Source: an uncultured Bacteroidia bacterium
GTDB taxonomy: Bacteria; Bacteroidota; Bacteroidia; Bacteroidales; CAJPTX01
Length of the DNA: 44,099 nucleotides
Assembly: GCA_938040915.1 (NCBI GenBank)
Contig: CALHZE010000252.1
Coordinates: forward strand, 1 to 44,099
Reading direction: 5' to 3'
The position numbers and the translations under genes are program-made. Below the pieces are notes generated by a model. That model had not been told where the DNA came from. It made no database searches and was given only the letters and a program-made list of their open reading frames with translations. Positions 1-8,096 of the stretch are shown here, piece by piece (positions within the stretch are counted from its first letter, which is position 1; each line of letters begins with the position of its first letter).

Positions 1-285
1 AAGGGGGTTACCGAGGCTGGGGTGCAGCTGGCTACGATGAATAAAAATTTGGCAGCCCTTAATGCGGCACATGATGTGCAGTTGCAGAACATTCAGGCTC
101 GTCTGAAAGCAAATGACGAGGTTAACAAAAAAGTCGAGGATATGTTGCGCCAGATGCTCGAAAAGGCAACGGAGGACACCACGCGTTATAGCAAGTCTGT
201 GAGTCAATTAGCAGATAACGTATCTCGTCTAAACTCTGTTTATGGCAACATGCTCTCTGCTATGGGGACGTTAGCCAACCGTTAA
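1..285 (+). CDS. gldL: Gliding motility / T9SS protein GldL (PorL), C-terminal fragment; the 5' end is off-window
   Basis: The frame is open from nt 1 to TAA at 283-285. The tail is coiled-coil-like and ends ...VYGNMLSAMG. It sits directly upstream of gldM-gldN in the conserved gldL-M-N order. Confidence 0.75.
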   Translation, partial: KGVTEAGVQLATMNKNLAALNAAHDVQLQNIQARLKANDEVNKKVEDMLRQMLEKATEDTTRYSKSVSQLADNVSRLNSVYGNMLSAMGTLANR

Positions 286-379
286 TCTTTTTTCTTCGCA
301 AACAGGTGAGGCGCGTCTGTCACATCTCACCGAGGGAAGCTTAGTTTGAACTACACAGAGACAACGAAATTAGTCAGTT

Positions 380-2005
380 ATGGGTCACGGAAAAGAAACG
401 CCTCGCCAAAAGATGATCGGTATGATGTACCTCATGCTTACGGCGATGTTGGCTATGAATGTATCTGCCGAACTGTTGAATGCGTTTGCGCTTGTGGACG
501 GGGGGCTTTCTTTTACCACAAAGAATTACGCCGACAAGAATGCCAAGACGATGAACAAGTTCGTCGAAGCAGAGCTTTTGAACCCTCAGAAGGTGACGCC
601 TTGGCGCGAAAAGGCCGAGCAGGTGCACAAGGGGGCGCAGGAGTTGTTCGAGTTTGTGCGCTCTTTGAAGTATAAGATTGTGGAAACCGCAGAGGGGAAA
701 GACAGTCCTGCCTTATTGCCCGATGGTGAGGTCGATAGTCAACAATTGGAGGTGTCGTCTGACACCAATATCCCTGCCCAAATCATGATCTTGGATGGGA
801 ACGGTAAGGCGCTCAAAGAAAAACTTATTGCTTATCGCGAACTCTTGTTGAGTTTCCTAGATAAGACGCGTGACGCTGCGCTTATCTCTAATATAGAGCA
901 GATGTTGGCGACCAATAATCCGCCGCCTACTAAAGATGGTATCGAGCACTCGTGGGAGAGTTATCGTTTCGAGCACATCCCGTTGATCGCTACCCTCCCT
1001 CAGTTGACAAAGGTGCAGGTCGATGTCTTGAACGCCGAGGCTGATGTCATGTCGTTTTTGCTAAACCGAGTGGATGCGGGCGACTTTAAGTTCAATAAGA
1101 TTAGCTCGGTGGTGATCCCCAATTCTGACTTCGTATTGCGAGGAGGTGAGTTTAAGGCTGAGATCTTCCTCGCCGCAAGCGATACGACACAGCGCCCGAA
1201 AATTTATGTAGGTCCGTATGACTCCGTGCGTAGTGAAGCGGGTGACGAGTGGATTTACACCATGCGCCCCGGACGGGAAAATGATACGATCCCCGTGGCT
1301 AGCAACGGGCGTGGTATTTATCGAGCGCCCGCCTCTTCTAATGGGGTTATCTCCTTCGGAGGTCTGATTGAGATTATCGGTCCTGACGGTGTTCCGACGC
1401 GTAAACCCTTCCGGCATCGTTATACAGTGGCAGAGCCTTCGGTGGCAGTGAGTGCAAAAAAAATGAATGTGTTCTACCTTGGGGTGGACAACCCCGTTGA
1501 TGTCTCTGCCGCTGGAGTTAATCCTGACAAGGTGCAGGTCACGATGACAGGAGGGACTATTGTGAAGAAGGGAAATGAATATGTCGCTCGTCCTGCGAAG
1601 GAGGGAGTCCCTTGTAAAGTAACGATCTCCGCAGAAGGGAAAGTCCTCAGTACGAAGGAGTTCCGTACCAAAACAGTGCCTGCGCCAAAATCAACAATCT
1701 TTGGGATAGACCCCAAGATTACAGAGATTCAGAAAGGGCTGTTGATGGCATCGCAGGGTATGGACGCGAGTCTCGAAGATTTCGATTTCGATATGAAGTT
1801 CCAAGTGATCGGTTTCAAAGTGGGGGTTACTGTCGCCGGCTTTTTCTCTGAAAAACCGTCTAATGGCGCTGAGTTCTCGACTGAGCAGAAACAGTTGATG
1901 CAGTCCCTTGCTTCTGGTTCACGCCTTACGATTACTGATATTAAGGTTCGTGGGGCGGATGGCAAAGTGCGTACACTCGAACCGAAAGTGTATAAGATTC
2001 GCTAG
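380..2005 (+). CDS. gldM: Gliding motility / T9SS protein GldM (PorM)
   Basis: 541 aa. The N-terminus MGHGKETPRQKMIGMMYLMLTAMLAMNV matches the characteristic GldM signature (..PRQKMI..MYLV..AMLA(L/M)NV) with a single N-terminal TM helix. It lies between gldL and gldN. Confidence 0.9.
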   Translation: MGHGKETPRQKMIGMMYLMLTAMLAMNVSAELLNAFALVDGGLSFTTKNYADKNAKTMNKFVEAELLNPQKVTPWREKAEQVHKGAQELFEFVRSLKYKIVETAEGKDSPALLPDGEVDSQQLEVSSDTNIPAQIMILDGNGKALKEKLIAYRELLLSFLDKTRDAALISNIEQMLATNNPPPTKDGIEHSWESYRFEHIPLIATLPQLTKVQVDVLNAEADVMSFLLNRVDAGDFKFNKISSVVIPNSDFVLRGGEFKAEIFLAASDTTQRPKIYVGPYDSVRSEAGDEWIYTMRPGRENDTIPVASNGRGIYRAPASSNGVISFGGLIEIIGPDGVPTRKPFRHRYTVAEPSVAVSAKKMNVFYLGVDNPVDVSAAGVNPDKVQVTMTGGTIVKKGNEYVARPAKEGVPCKVTISAEGKVLSTKEFRTKTVPAPKSTIFGIDPKITEIQKGLLMASQGMDASLEDFDFDMKFQVIGFKVGVTVAGFFSEKPSNGAEFSTEQKQLMQSLASGSRLTITDIKVRGADGKVRTLEPKVYKIR

Positions 2006-2048
2006 TTTTGATTGGAGTTGTTGACTTTCATGGTTAATTAAGGATTGA

Positions 2049-2984
2049 ATGCAGGTTCGCTTGTTATCTTTATGGGTCTTATTGATTTTACCGTTTGTAG
2101 CAGCTGCCCAAAGAGCTGGGGAGCAGGCGACGCTTAAGGTCGAGACCGGCAATTCGGATACGGTTAAGCCCGATACGACGAATATGCCCCCTATCGGCTT
2201 CTATGAGCGGACGACGATCCCCGAAAAGATCCGCCCCGTACCCTATACTTTTGTGCGTGAAGCGGATGTCTTATGGTCGAAGATTATTTGGCGTGTGATT
2301 GATTTGCGTCAGAAGATAAACTTCCCGCTCTATTACCCGACTAAGGAGATGCGCGATCGTAAGAGCCTTACGCAAGCGCTTTATTACGCGATTCTTAATA
2401 AAGAAATTTACGCGTATGACCCCCTCCCAGGGCTAACATCCCCAGGGGATGAGTTTATCAAACGTATGACACTAGAAGAAGTGAAAAACAATGTCTGTAC
2501 CCCAGCACAAGATATCCAGCAGACGGATATGAGGACGGGGCAAGTCAGGACAGTCCATATCGACGGCGAACCGCGGTGGCGCGAAGTAAAGCAAATGATC
2601 GTCAAGGAGGAGTGGTTCTTTGACTCAAAGCGCTCCCTGCTGGAGGTGCGTGTGTTGGGGTTATGTCCCGTAGTAGAATATTTTGAGTTGATGGGAGAAG
2701 GGGGAGCCTTGAAACGAGTACCTGCCTTTTGGGTATATTACCCCGAGGCGCGCACTGTGCTGACCCATGTCGCGGTCTTTAACAACAAGAATGACGCGCA
2801 AGCGACCTCGTTTGACGACTTGATATTTAAGCGCCGGTTTGATTCTTATATCATCCGTGAAACGAATGAGTATAACAACCGGTCGATTTCTGATTATAAG
2901 AAGGGGGGGATTCCTAATATGTTGGAGTCAGAACGTATACATTACGATATCTTCAACACCGAACATGACTTGTGGGAATTCTAG
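2049..2984 (+). CDS. gldN: Gliding motility / T9SS protein GldN (PorN)
   Basis: 311 aa with a signal peptide (MQVRLLSLWVLLILPFVAAAQ). The size and the position after gldM fit GldN/PorN. Confidence 0.85.
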   Translation: MQVRLLSLWVLLILPFVAAAQRAGEQATLKVETGNSDTVKPDTTNMPPIGFYERTTIPEKIRPVPYTFVREADVLWSKIIWRVIDLRQKINFPLYYPTKEMRDRKSLTQALYYAILNKEIYAYDPLPGLTSPGDEFIKRMTLEEVKNNVCTPAQDIQQTDMRTGQVRTVHIDGEPRWREVKQMIVKEEWFFDSKRSLLEVRVLGLCPVVEYFELMGEGGALKRVPAFWVYYPEARTVLTHVAVFNNKNDAQATSFDDLIFKRRFDSYIIRETNEYNNRSISDYKKGGIPNMLESERIHYDIFNTEHDLWEF

Positions 2985-3008
2985 CCTTGGGGGTGAATGA
3001 TGTAACAG

Positions 3009-3036
3009 GGGAGGGCTTCGAGGCTCTCCCTTTTTT
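3009..3036 (+). terminator. Rho-independent terminator after gldN
   Basis: 8-bp stem (GGGAGGGC / GCTCTCCC with one G:U pair), 6-nt loop, then TTTTTT at 3031-3036. It lies 25 nt after the gldN stop. Confidence 0.6.
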
Positions 3037-3069
3037 GTCAGAGGAGTGTCAGAAATATAGAGTTTTTCT

Positions 3070-3077
3070 TACCTTTG
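3070..3077 (+). promoter_or_regulatory. Candidate Bacteroidota -7 promoter box (TAccTTTG) for the A1-B1-A2-B2 block
   Basis: Matches the TAnnTTTG consensus. The same octamer occurs upstream of tRNA-Cys and of rpsL. No well-spaced -33 TTTG was found, so support is weak. Confidence 0.3.
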
Positions 3078-3171
3078 AGTTGGTGGAGTCGATCCGCGCG
3101 ATCGGCTCGGGGGAAGTGGGGGCGGAATTGCTCGTGTGTGTTATTGTGCTTATGTCAGAAAAAGAAATCTC

Positions 3172-4416
3172 ATGAAAACGTTCCCGTATGTAGAGAGACT
3201 CTACCCAAATACACCACCAACAACAGATCCCAGAAAGTTTGACGATGCATGTGAACTCTTTGTGGAAGGAAAAGTGAAAGAGAGCATTCATGCGCAGCTC
3301 GATTACTACAACCCGTGGCTTCGTCTCAAGTGTGATGATGATCAGAAGGGGACGGGGCAACCTGTTTGGACAAACCAACCGAAAGGGGGCTGGGCAAATC
3401 TCCGTAGGAAGCTCGAGAAACCCGTTTATGGACCAGGACGCCGCTTTACGATCCCTCACGGCTCTTTGATACTCTATTTGGAGATTACGGAGTCAGAATT
3501 CCGCCTCCGTATCCCTTTTGTGCGACTCCCGAAAGACTCTTCGCGTGTCATTGCTTTTTTGAGAGAGGTCAATGAGGTCAATTACCTTCTTGACTGGTTT
3601 CAACTTGTCTTGCGAGAGGAGGAATTGATCTGCGAGTATTCGTGTCCCCTCCCTGTTGCGAACCCAGACAAAATCTCGCGTATCCTCTCTGAGGCTTGTC
3701 TTGAGTTGTGTTATAAGGCCGAAGAGCTTGTGTATCACTTTGGAGGCGAGTGGGTCGAGAAACCTCGTTATCTTCCCTGTCCAGCGTCTGACGTAGAGCG
3801 AGTGATAAAGAGTTACCGAGCGCTTTGTGCGTGGTTGGAAGAACGCTTGCTGCAACCCTATGCACACCTGCTTGAGGATTATATTGAGGAGCTCTTTGAG
3901 CTCTCGTTTGTCTTATTGCTCTTTTTCACTCGCACGGGTGGTTATCTAGAGCAACGCATCTCGGAAATTTTTGGTAGCTCTCCTGAGCTCTATGAGGAGG
4001 GTGAGTCGCGTGGTATTGAGCATTTGAGAAAGATTGTTACTAAGCTACACGCGATTACAGATGATGAATTGCGTAGCTATTTGCATAGGAAACCGCATTT
4101 TATCCTACTCTATCAAATATTTTCTTTAGGTGAATTCCAGAACAACGTGAGCCGATATCTGTCGCCTCTCGTGAGCCCATCCTCTTATGAGTCTGAATGC
4201 GCTTTTTTGAGTGTGGTTCGTTTGATGTTGCTTCAGAGTGCGCGGCAAGACCTGCCCTCTAAGGTCAATCGTATCATTGATAAGGCGTTGCGTGCTGTCA
4301 TGGGGGTCGACAGCAGAAAGGCGATCCCCGTCTTATTAAAGGCCTGTAACGACCTATTAGACTTACCTGTGATAGGGAAAGGGGCGTTGCAGGAACGGGT
4401 AAAATGGGAGGCATAG
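3172..4416 (+). CDS. Hypothetical protein A1: chaperone-like (YbjN-like?) N-terminal domain plus all-helical C-terminal half; paralog of 5631-6809
   Basis: I start it at the internal ATG (MKTFPYVERLYPN...), which aligns with the A2 N-terminus (MKRTYTYDERLFAN...). Shared blocks with A2 include YGPGRxFTIPHG and CPxxDVxRVI. No signal peptide or TM helix. I recognise no known family. Confidence 0.7.
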   Translation: MKTFPYVERLYPNTPPTTDPRKFDDACELFVEGKVKESIHAQLDYYNPWLRLKCDDDQKGTGQPVWTNQPKGGWANLRRKLEKPVYGPGRRFTIPHGSLILYLEITESEFRLRIPFVRLPKDSSRVIAFLREVNEVNYLLDWFQLVLREEELICEYSCPLPVANPDKISRILSEACLELCYKAEELVYHFGGEWVEKPRYLPCPASDVERVIKSYRALCAWLEERLLQPYAHLLEDYIEELFELSFVLLLFFTRTGGYLEQRISEIFGSSPELYEEGESRGIEHLRKIVTKLHAITDDELRSYLHRKPHFILLYQIFSLGEFQNNVSRYLSPLVSPSSYESECAFLSVVRLMLLQSARQDLPSKVNRIIDKALRAVMGVDSRKAIPVLLKACNDLLDLPVIGKGALQERVKWEA

Positions 4417-4418
4417 TC

Positions 4419-5588
4419 ATGAAGATAAAATTAGATACACTCCCCATTGTCAAGGTGTTGACGGAGGAGGGCTCTGGAACGGGGTTCTATTTTCGCCGTC
4501 CCAATTATTTTTTGACCAATCAGCACGTGGTTGATAATGAGAAGGAGATTGCCATAGAAACCCAGCAGAAGCAACGAATGCAGGGGCGCGTAATCCTCGT
4601 AAATCAAAACCTAGACTTGGCCCTTTTTACGGTCGCTGGTGACTTGAGTGACTGGACTCCTATGGAGTTTGCCCCGAGTGATTCGTTGGATGTCGGCGAC
4701 GTAATCTATTCGGTGGGCTTCTCATTAGGAATCCCATTGACGGTCACCGAGGGGATTATTTCAGCCGTCCGTCAGGAGCTTGGGGATAGATATATGATTC
4801 AGACGGATGCTGCGATCAATCCGGGGAATTCGGGAGGCCCCCTGCTTAATGATGTGGGGCAGGTGTGTGGGGTCACGTGCAGGAAGATGTTTTTGATGGA
4901 CAATATGGGGTTCGGTATTATGCTTTCGGACATCCGTAATTTTCTAGAAAGCGCTTCTCTTTTGGAGGACGACGAGCGTTACCACTATCAGTGTCCGTCT
5001 TGTGGGCGTGTCATTTCCGACTCTTTGCTCAAATACTGTCCAGAGTGTGGCTTGGTCGTGCCAGAAGACGCCTTCCTTATCGAGGAGAAGACGGACTTTC
5101 AGAAGTTCCTTTTAGAAATTCTGAGTCTGGTGGGCTTAAACTCAGAAGAACTGCAGGGAAGCGACGTTTTTGAGTTCCATTATAAGCACCTCAAATGTAG
5201 AGGGCGGAGCGGGGAGCGAGGCGTCTTCTTTAAGTCGGTGATTAACAAATTACCGAAACAGGGACACGACGCGCTCTTTAAGTATCTTTTGAGTGCGCCC
5301 GTTGCACCTTATCGCCTTGCGGTCAACGATTCTGACATTTCTATGTCATATTTGGTACATTTGCGAGACTTGTTAGACCCAGAATTTCGGACTTTGCGCG
5401 TAAAGGAGTTTGCAGAGTTCTTAGATAAGGCCTTCTATATGAGTCAGTTGCTCGCCGATCGGTTCGCTTGTCCTTATCCCAAAATGCACGATGAGGGGAC
5501 GATGGACGACGAAGAGGAGGATACAGACGCGATGCTCCCCCAGCGATCTTCGATGGCAGAATGCTCGGTGAGCGCAAGCTCGGAATAA
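4419..5588 (+). CDS. Protease B1: leaderless trypsin-fold (S1/Trypsin_2-like) serine protease + CPxC-X11-CPxC zinc ribbon + C-terminal chaperone-like domain + acidic tail
   Basis: Triad motifs are present: TNQHVV (His), NLDLALF (Asp) and NPGNSGGPL (Ser). Zinc ribbon: YQCPSCGRVISDSLLKYCPECG. The start could be ATG 4419 (2 nt after the A1 stop) or ATG 4404 (overlapping A1). Paralog of 6837-7943. Confidence 0.8.
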   Translation: MKIKLDTLPIVKVLTEEGSGTGFYFRRPNYFLTNQHVVDNEKEIAIETQQKQRMQGRVILVNQNLDLALFTVAGDLSDWTPMEFAPSDSLDVGDVIYSVGFSLGIPLTVTEGIISAVRQELGDRYMIQTDAAINPGNSGGPLLNDVGQVCGVTCRKMFLMDNMGFGIMLSDIRNFLESASLLEDDERYHYQCPSCGRVISDSLLKYCPECGLVVPEDAFLIEEKTDFQKFLLEILSLVGLNSEELQGSDVFEFHYKHLKCRGRSGERGVFFKSVINKLPKQGHDALFKYLLSAPVAPYRLAVNDSDISMSYLVHLRDLLDPEFRTLRVKEFAEFLDKAFYMSQLLADRFACPYPKMHDEGTMDDEEEDTDAMLPQRSSMAECSVSASSE

Positions 5589-5630
5589 CCCGTATTACAC
5601 AGTGATAAGACCGCGTATTTATAGACAATA

Positions 5631-6809
5631 ATGAAAAGGACATACACATACGATGAACGTCTTTTCGCCAACGTGCCGCCATATGACAGCCCGAAGGCGT
5701 ATGAGAAGAGTCGAGATAAATTTGACCAAGGGGCGTATCTAGAAAGCGTCCATTACCTGTTGGATTCTTTTAACCCGAATGCCCGACTCGAGTATGATAA
5801 TGAGTTGGAAAGACGACCAGAAAAAAAGTCGTTCTTCAGTCGACTTTTCTCTAGATCGGGAGAAAAAAGCTACGGTCCAGGGCGAAGCTTTACGATTCCC
5901 CACGGCGCCTTGAAACTCCATATTTCAATATCCGACGAGCGCTTTGATGTCCATGTACCCTTCCTCGAGTTACCCGATGATGGGCGCGCAATCCCGATGA
6001 TGCGAACCGCGTGTGAGCTGAACTTGGGGCAGCTCGATACGGTCTTTGTAACCCTGAAGGAAAAGCAATTGCATTTTGACTTCTCGTGCCCTCTCGAATT
6101 GGCGCATCCGCGAAAGTTGCGCTATATGTTTCAAGAGCTTTGCGCAGTAGCCAATCGGCATTACTATGAGTTTATTGAGAAGTTTGGCGCAAAGCCCATC
6201 GAAGCGCCGCAAATCATCGAGTGCCCGCCGGAAGATGTGACTCGGGTGATCGGGGTGATCCGCCGTACCTCTAAAGAGATCCGAACCGCTGTGCAGGAGT
6301 GTGTGGACGAACGGAAGATTGACTCTGCATGGCACGTCTTCTTGGCCGGCTTTCTCAAGTTGAATTATGTCATCCAATCTCAAAGCTCGCTTTATTACAC
6401 GTTCCGCCGGACACTCCACGAGCTCTCTGACGACGATTTAGATCTACCTCAGACGGTCACGGCTGGCTTGCGATTCCTTGACGAACTCGACGCTAAGTCT
6501 GACGACGAGTATCGGGCATTGCTGCACAAGATGCCGATCTTTTGCTCGCTGAAGGGGGGAATCGATCTGGGGGATGTCCGTTCGGACGTCTCTCAAAGCT
6601 TAGAATCTGCAATTAAAGACTTTGAGAGCAATGCAGAGGAAGCTTGTTTGAAGTGCCTTTTCCGCATTTATAACATTTACTTCTTTAACGATGTCCCCGA
6701 GGAGTGGGATCGGGTACTTGTGCAAACACTACGTCTTTCACAAGACAAACCGTTTGATACGGCGGCTCCCATCTTGTTTAAGGGGCTGAGTGAACTGTCT
6801 AAGCGATAA
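5631..6809 (+). CDS. Hypothetical protein A2, paralog of A1
   Basis: 392 aa and alignable with A1 along its length (YGPGRSFTIPHG, FSCPL, CPPEDVTRVI, DDEYRALLHKMP). No signal peptide. Confidence 0.7.
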   Translation: MKRTYTYDERLFANVPPYDSPKAYEKSRDKFDQGAYLESVHYLLDSFNPNARLEYDNELERRPEKKSFFSRLFSRSGEKSYGPGRSFTIPHGALKLHISISDERFDVHVPFLELPDDGRAIPMMRTACELNLGQLDTVFVTLKEKQLHFDFSCPLELAHPRKLRYMFQELCAVANRHYYEFIEKFGAKPIEAPQIIECPPEDVTRVIGVIRRTSKEIRTAVQECVDERKIDSAWHVFLAGFLKLNYVIQSQSSLYYTFRRTLHELSDDDLDLPQTVTAGLRFLDELDAKSDDEYRALLHKMPIFCSLKGGIDLGDVRSDVSQSLESAIKDFESNAEEACLKCLFRIYNIYFFNDVPEEWDRVLVQTLRLSQDKPFDTAAPILFKGLSELSKR

Positions 6810-6836
6810 CGGGTATCTCAAAAAGGAAGGAACAAT

Positions 6837-7943
6837 ATGGCCAATCATATAGATTATACCTCCGTGGTAAAGATTATCACGAGTGACGGCTCCGGATCGG
6901 GATTCTTTTTCCGGCGTCCGAATTATTTTATTACCAATTTCCACGTCGTCGAAGGATACCGAGATGTTACCGTCGAACTGCAGGATGAAGAGCGTCTCCG
7001 CGCTTCGGTGTTGCTCGTGAGTCAACACTTAGACCTCGCGATTATTCGTGTGGAGGGGGACTTTGAAAAATGGACTCCGTTAGAATTTTGCGAAGAAGAC
7101 GCATTGCAACTCTCTGACAAGATCGTGGTCGGGGGGTTTGCCTTGGGAAAACCGTTTTCCATAACCGAGGGAGTGGTCTCTTCGCCGCGTCAGAAGGCCG
7201 ATGGTCGTTATTTGATTCAAACCGATGCGGCTGTAAACCCAGGGAATTCGGGAGGACCGATGTTTAACTCGGAAGGGAAAGTCAGTGCCGTTGTCGTGAG
7301 CAAAATTAAGGGTGCCGAGAATGTCGGTTTCGGGATTCCCATTGCCGATGTTAAAAAGGTCTTTAAGGCGTTAGGAGAAATATCAGACGAGGCGCGTTAT
7401 TACTATCAGTGCCCTGGTTGTGATAAACCACTAATGGATGAAACAGCAAAGTTTTGCCCATCGTGTGGCGCAGATATCCCGCGAGAAGCCTTTAATGAAA
7501 AGACCAAGTCAGACTTCACTAAATTGGGCGAAGAAATCATCCGCGCAATAGGCATCGACCCACTTCTTGCGAATAATGGTGATGAGGATTGGAAGTTTTA
7601 CTACAAGGGGGCTTTAATCCGTGCTTATGATTACGGGCGAAGCTTTATTATCTTCTTGAGCAATATCAATTTGCTACCAAAGCAAGAGCTCCAACCTCTC
7701 TTTGAGTATATGCTTTCGAATCCGGTGGCCCCCTACCAGCTGGGGATTCGTGAAAACGATGTGGTACTCTACTCCTGTATCCACTTGACCGATTTGCAGA
7801 ATGAGAAGCATCGTGACCGGATTATTAAGGAGTTGGCGGCTTTGCCTGAAAAGGCAGCAGAGTTGGACGATTTCTTGAATACGAAGTTCGGGTGTCGTTT
7901 CCCGGAACGGAAAGATTCGGTCGAGCAGTCCGCTGAGGCTTAG
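6837..7943 (+). CDS. Protease B2: trypsin-fold serine protease + zinc ribbon + chaperone-like C-terminal domain; paralog of B1
   Basis: Triad motifs ITNFHVV, HLDLAII and NPGNSGGPM. Zinc ribbon YQCPGCDKPLMDETAKFCPSCG. Shared blocks with B1: FRRPNYF, GRYxIQTDAA, NPVAPY. Confidence 0.8.
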   Translation: MANHIDYTSVVKIITSDGSGSGFFFRRPNYFITNFHVVEGYRDVTVELQDEERLRASVLLVSQHLDLAIIRVEGDFEKWTPLEFCEEDALQLSDKIVVGGFALGKPFSITEGVVSSPRQKADGRYLIQTDAAVNPGNSGGPMFNSEGKVSAVVVSKIKGAENVGFGIPIADVKKVFKALGEISDEARYYYQCPGCDKPLMDETAKFCPSCGADIPREAFNEKTKSDFTKLGEEIIRAIGIDPLLANNGDEDWKFYYKGALIRAYDYGRSFIIFLSNINLLPKQELQPLFEYMLSNPVAPYQLGIRENDVVLYSCIHLTDLQNEKHRDRIIKELAALPEKAAELDDFLNTKFGCRFPERKDSVEQSAEA

Positions 7944-7972
7944 GCTCGGCTTGTAGACTTGACTGCATTTTA

Positions 7973-8007
7973 GGGGGAGGGGGTCTTGCTAATGAGAGCC
8001 CTCCCCC
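7973..8007 (+). terminator. GC-rich hairpin after B2; terminator-like but without a clear U-tract
   Basis: 9-bp stem GGGGGAGGG / CCCTCCCCC with a 17-nt loop, 30 nt after the B2 stop. The following sequence (TGCTTGTG) is only weakly T-rich. Confidence 0.35.
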
Positions 8008-8065
8008 TGCTTGTGATGAACGGGTAAGCCGGTCGTCAGATAACGACGCATACAGAAAAGCTTTG

Positions 8066-8073
8066 TAAATTTG
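8066..8073 (+). promoter_or_regulatory. Candidate -7 box (TAaaTTTG) upstream of typA
   Basis: TAnnTTTG match ending 23 nt before the typA ATG. No clear -33 element. Confidence 0.3.
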
Positions 8074-8096
8074 CCGCCTAAACTACAAGAGTAGAT

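Noticed and set aside
286-379. A small hairpin (AGGTGAG...CTCACC) in the gldL-gldM spacer, considered as a possible regulatory element.
   Set aside because: The stem is short (6-7 bp) and has no U-tract. gldL and gldM are expected to be co-transcribed. The evidence is insufficient to call anything.
2972-3459. ORFs 2972-3175 (+) and 3049-3459 (-) in the gldN/A1 intergenic area.
   Set aside because: The first spans the gldN terminator. The second is antisense to the A1 N-terminus, which is conserved in A2. Neither shows recognisable features.
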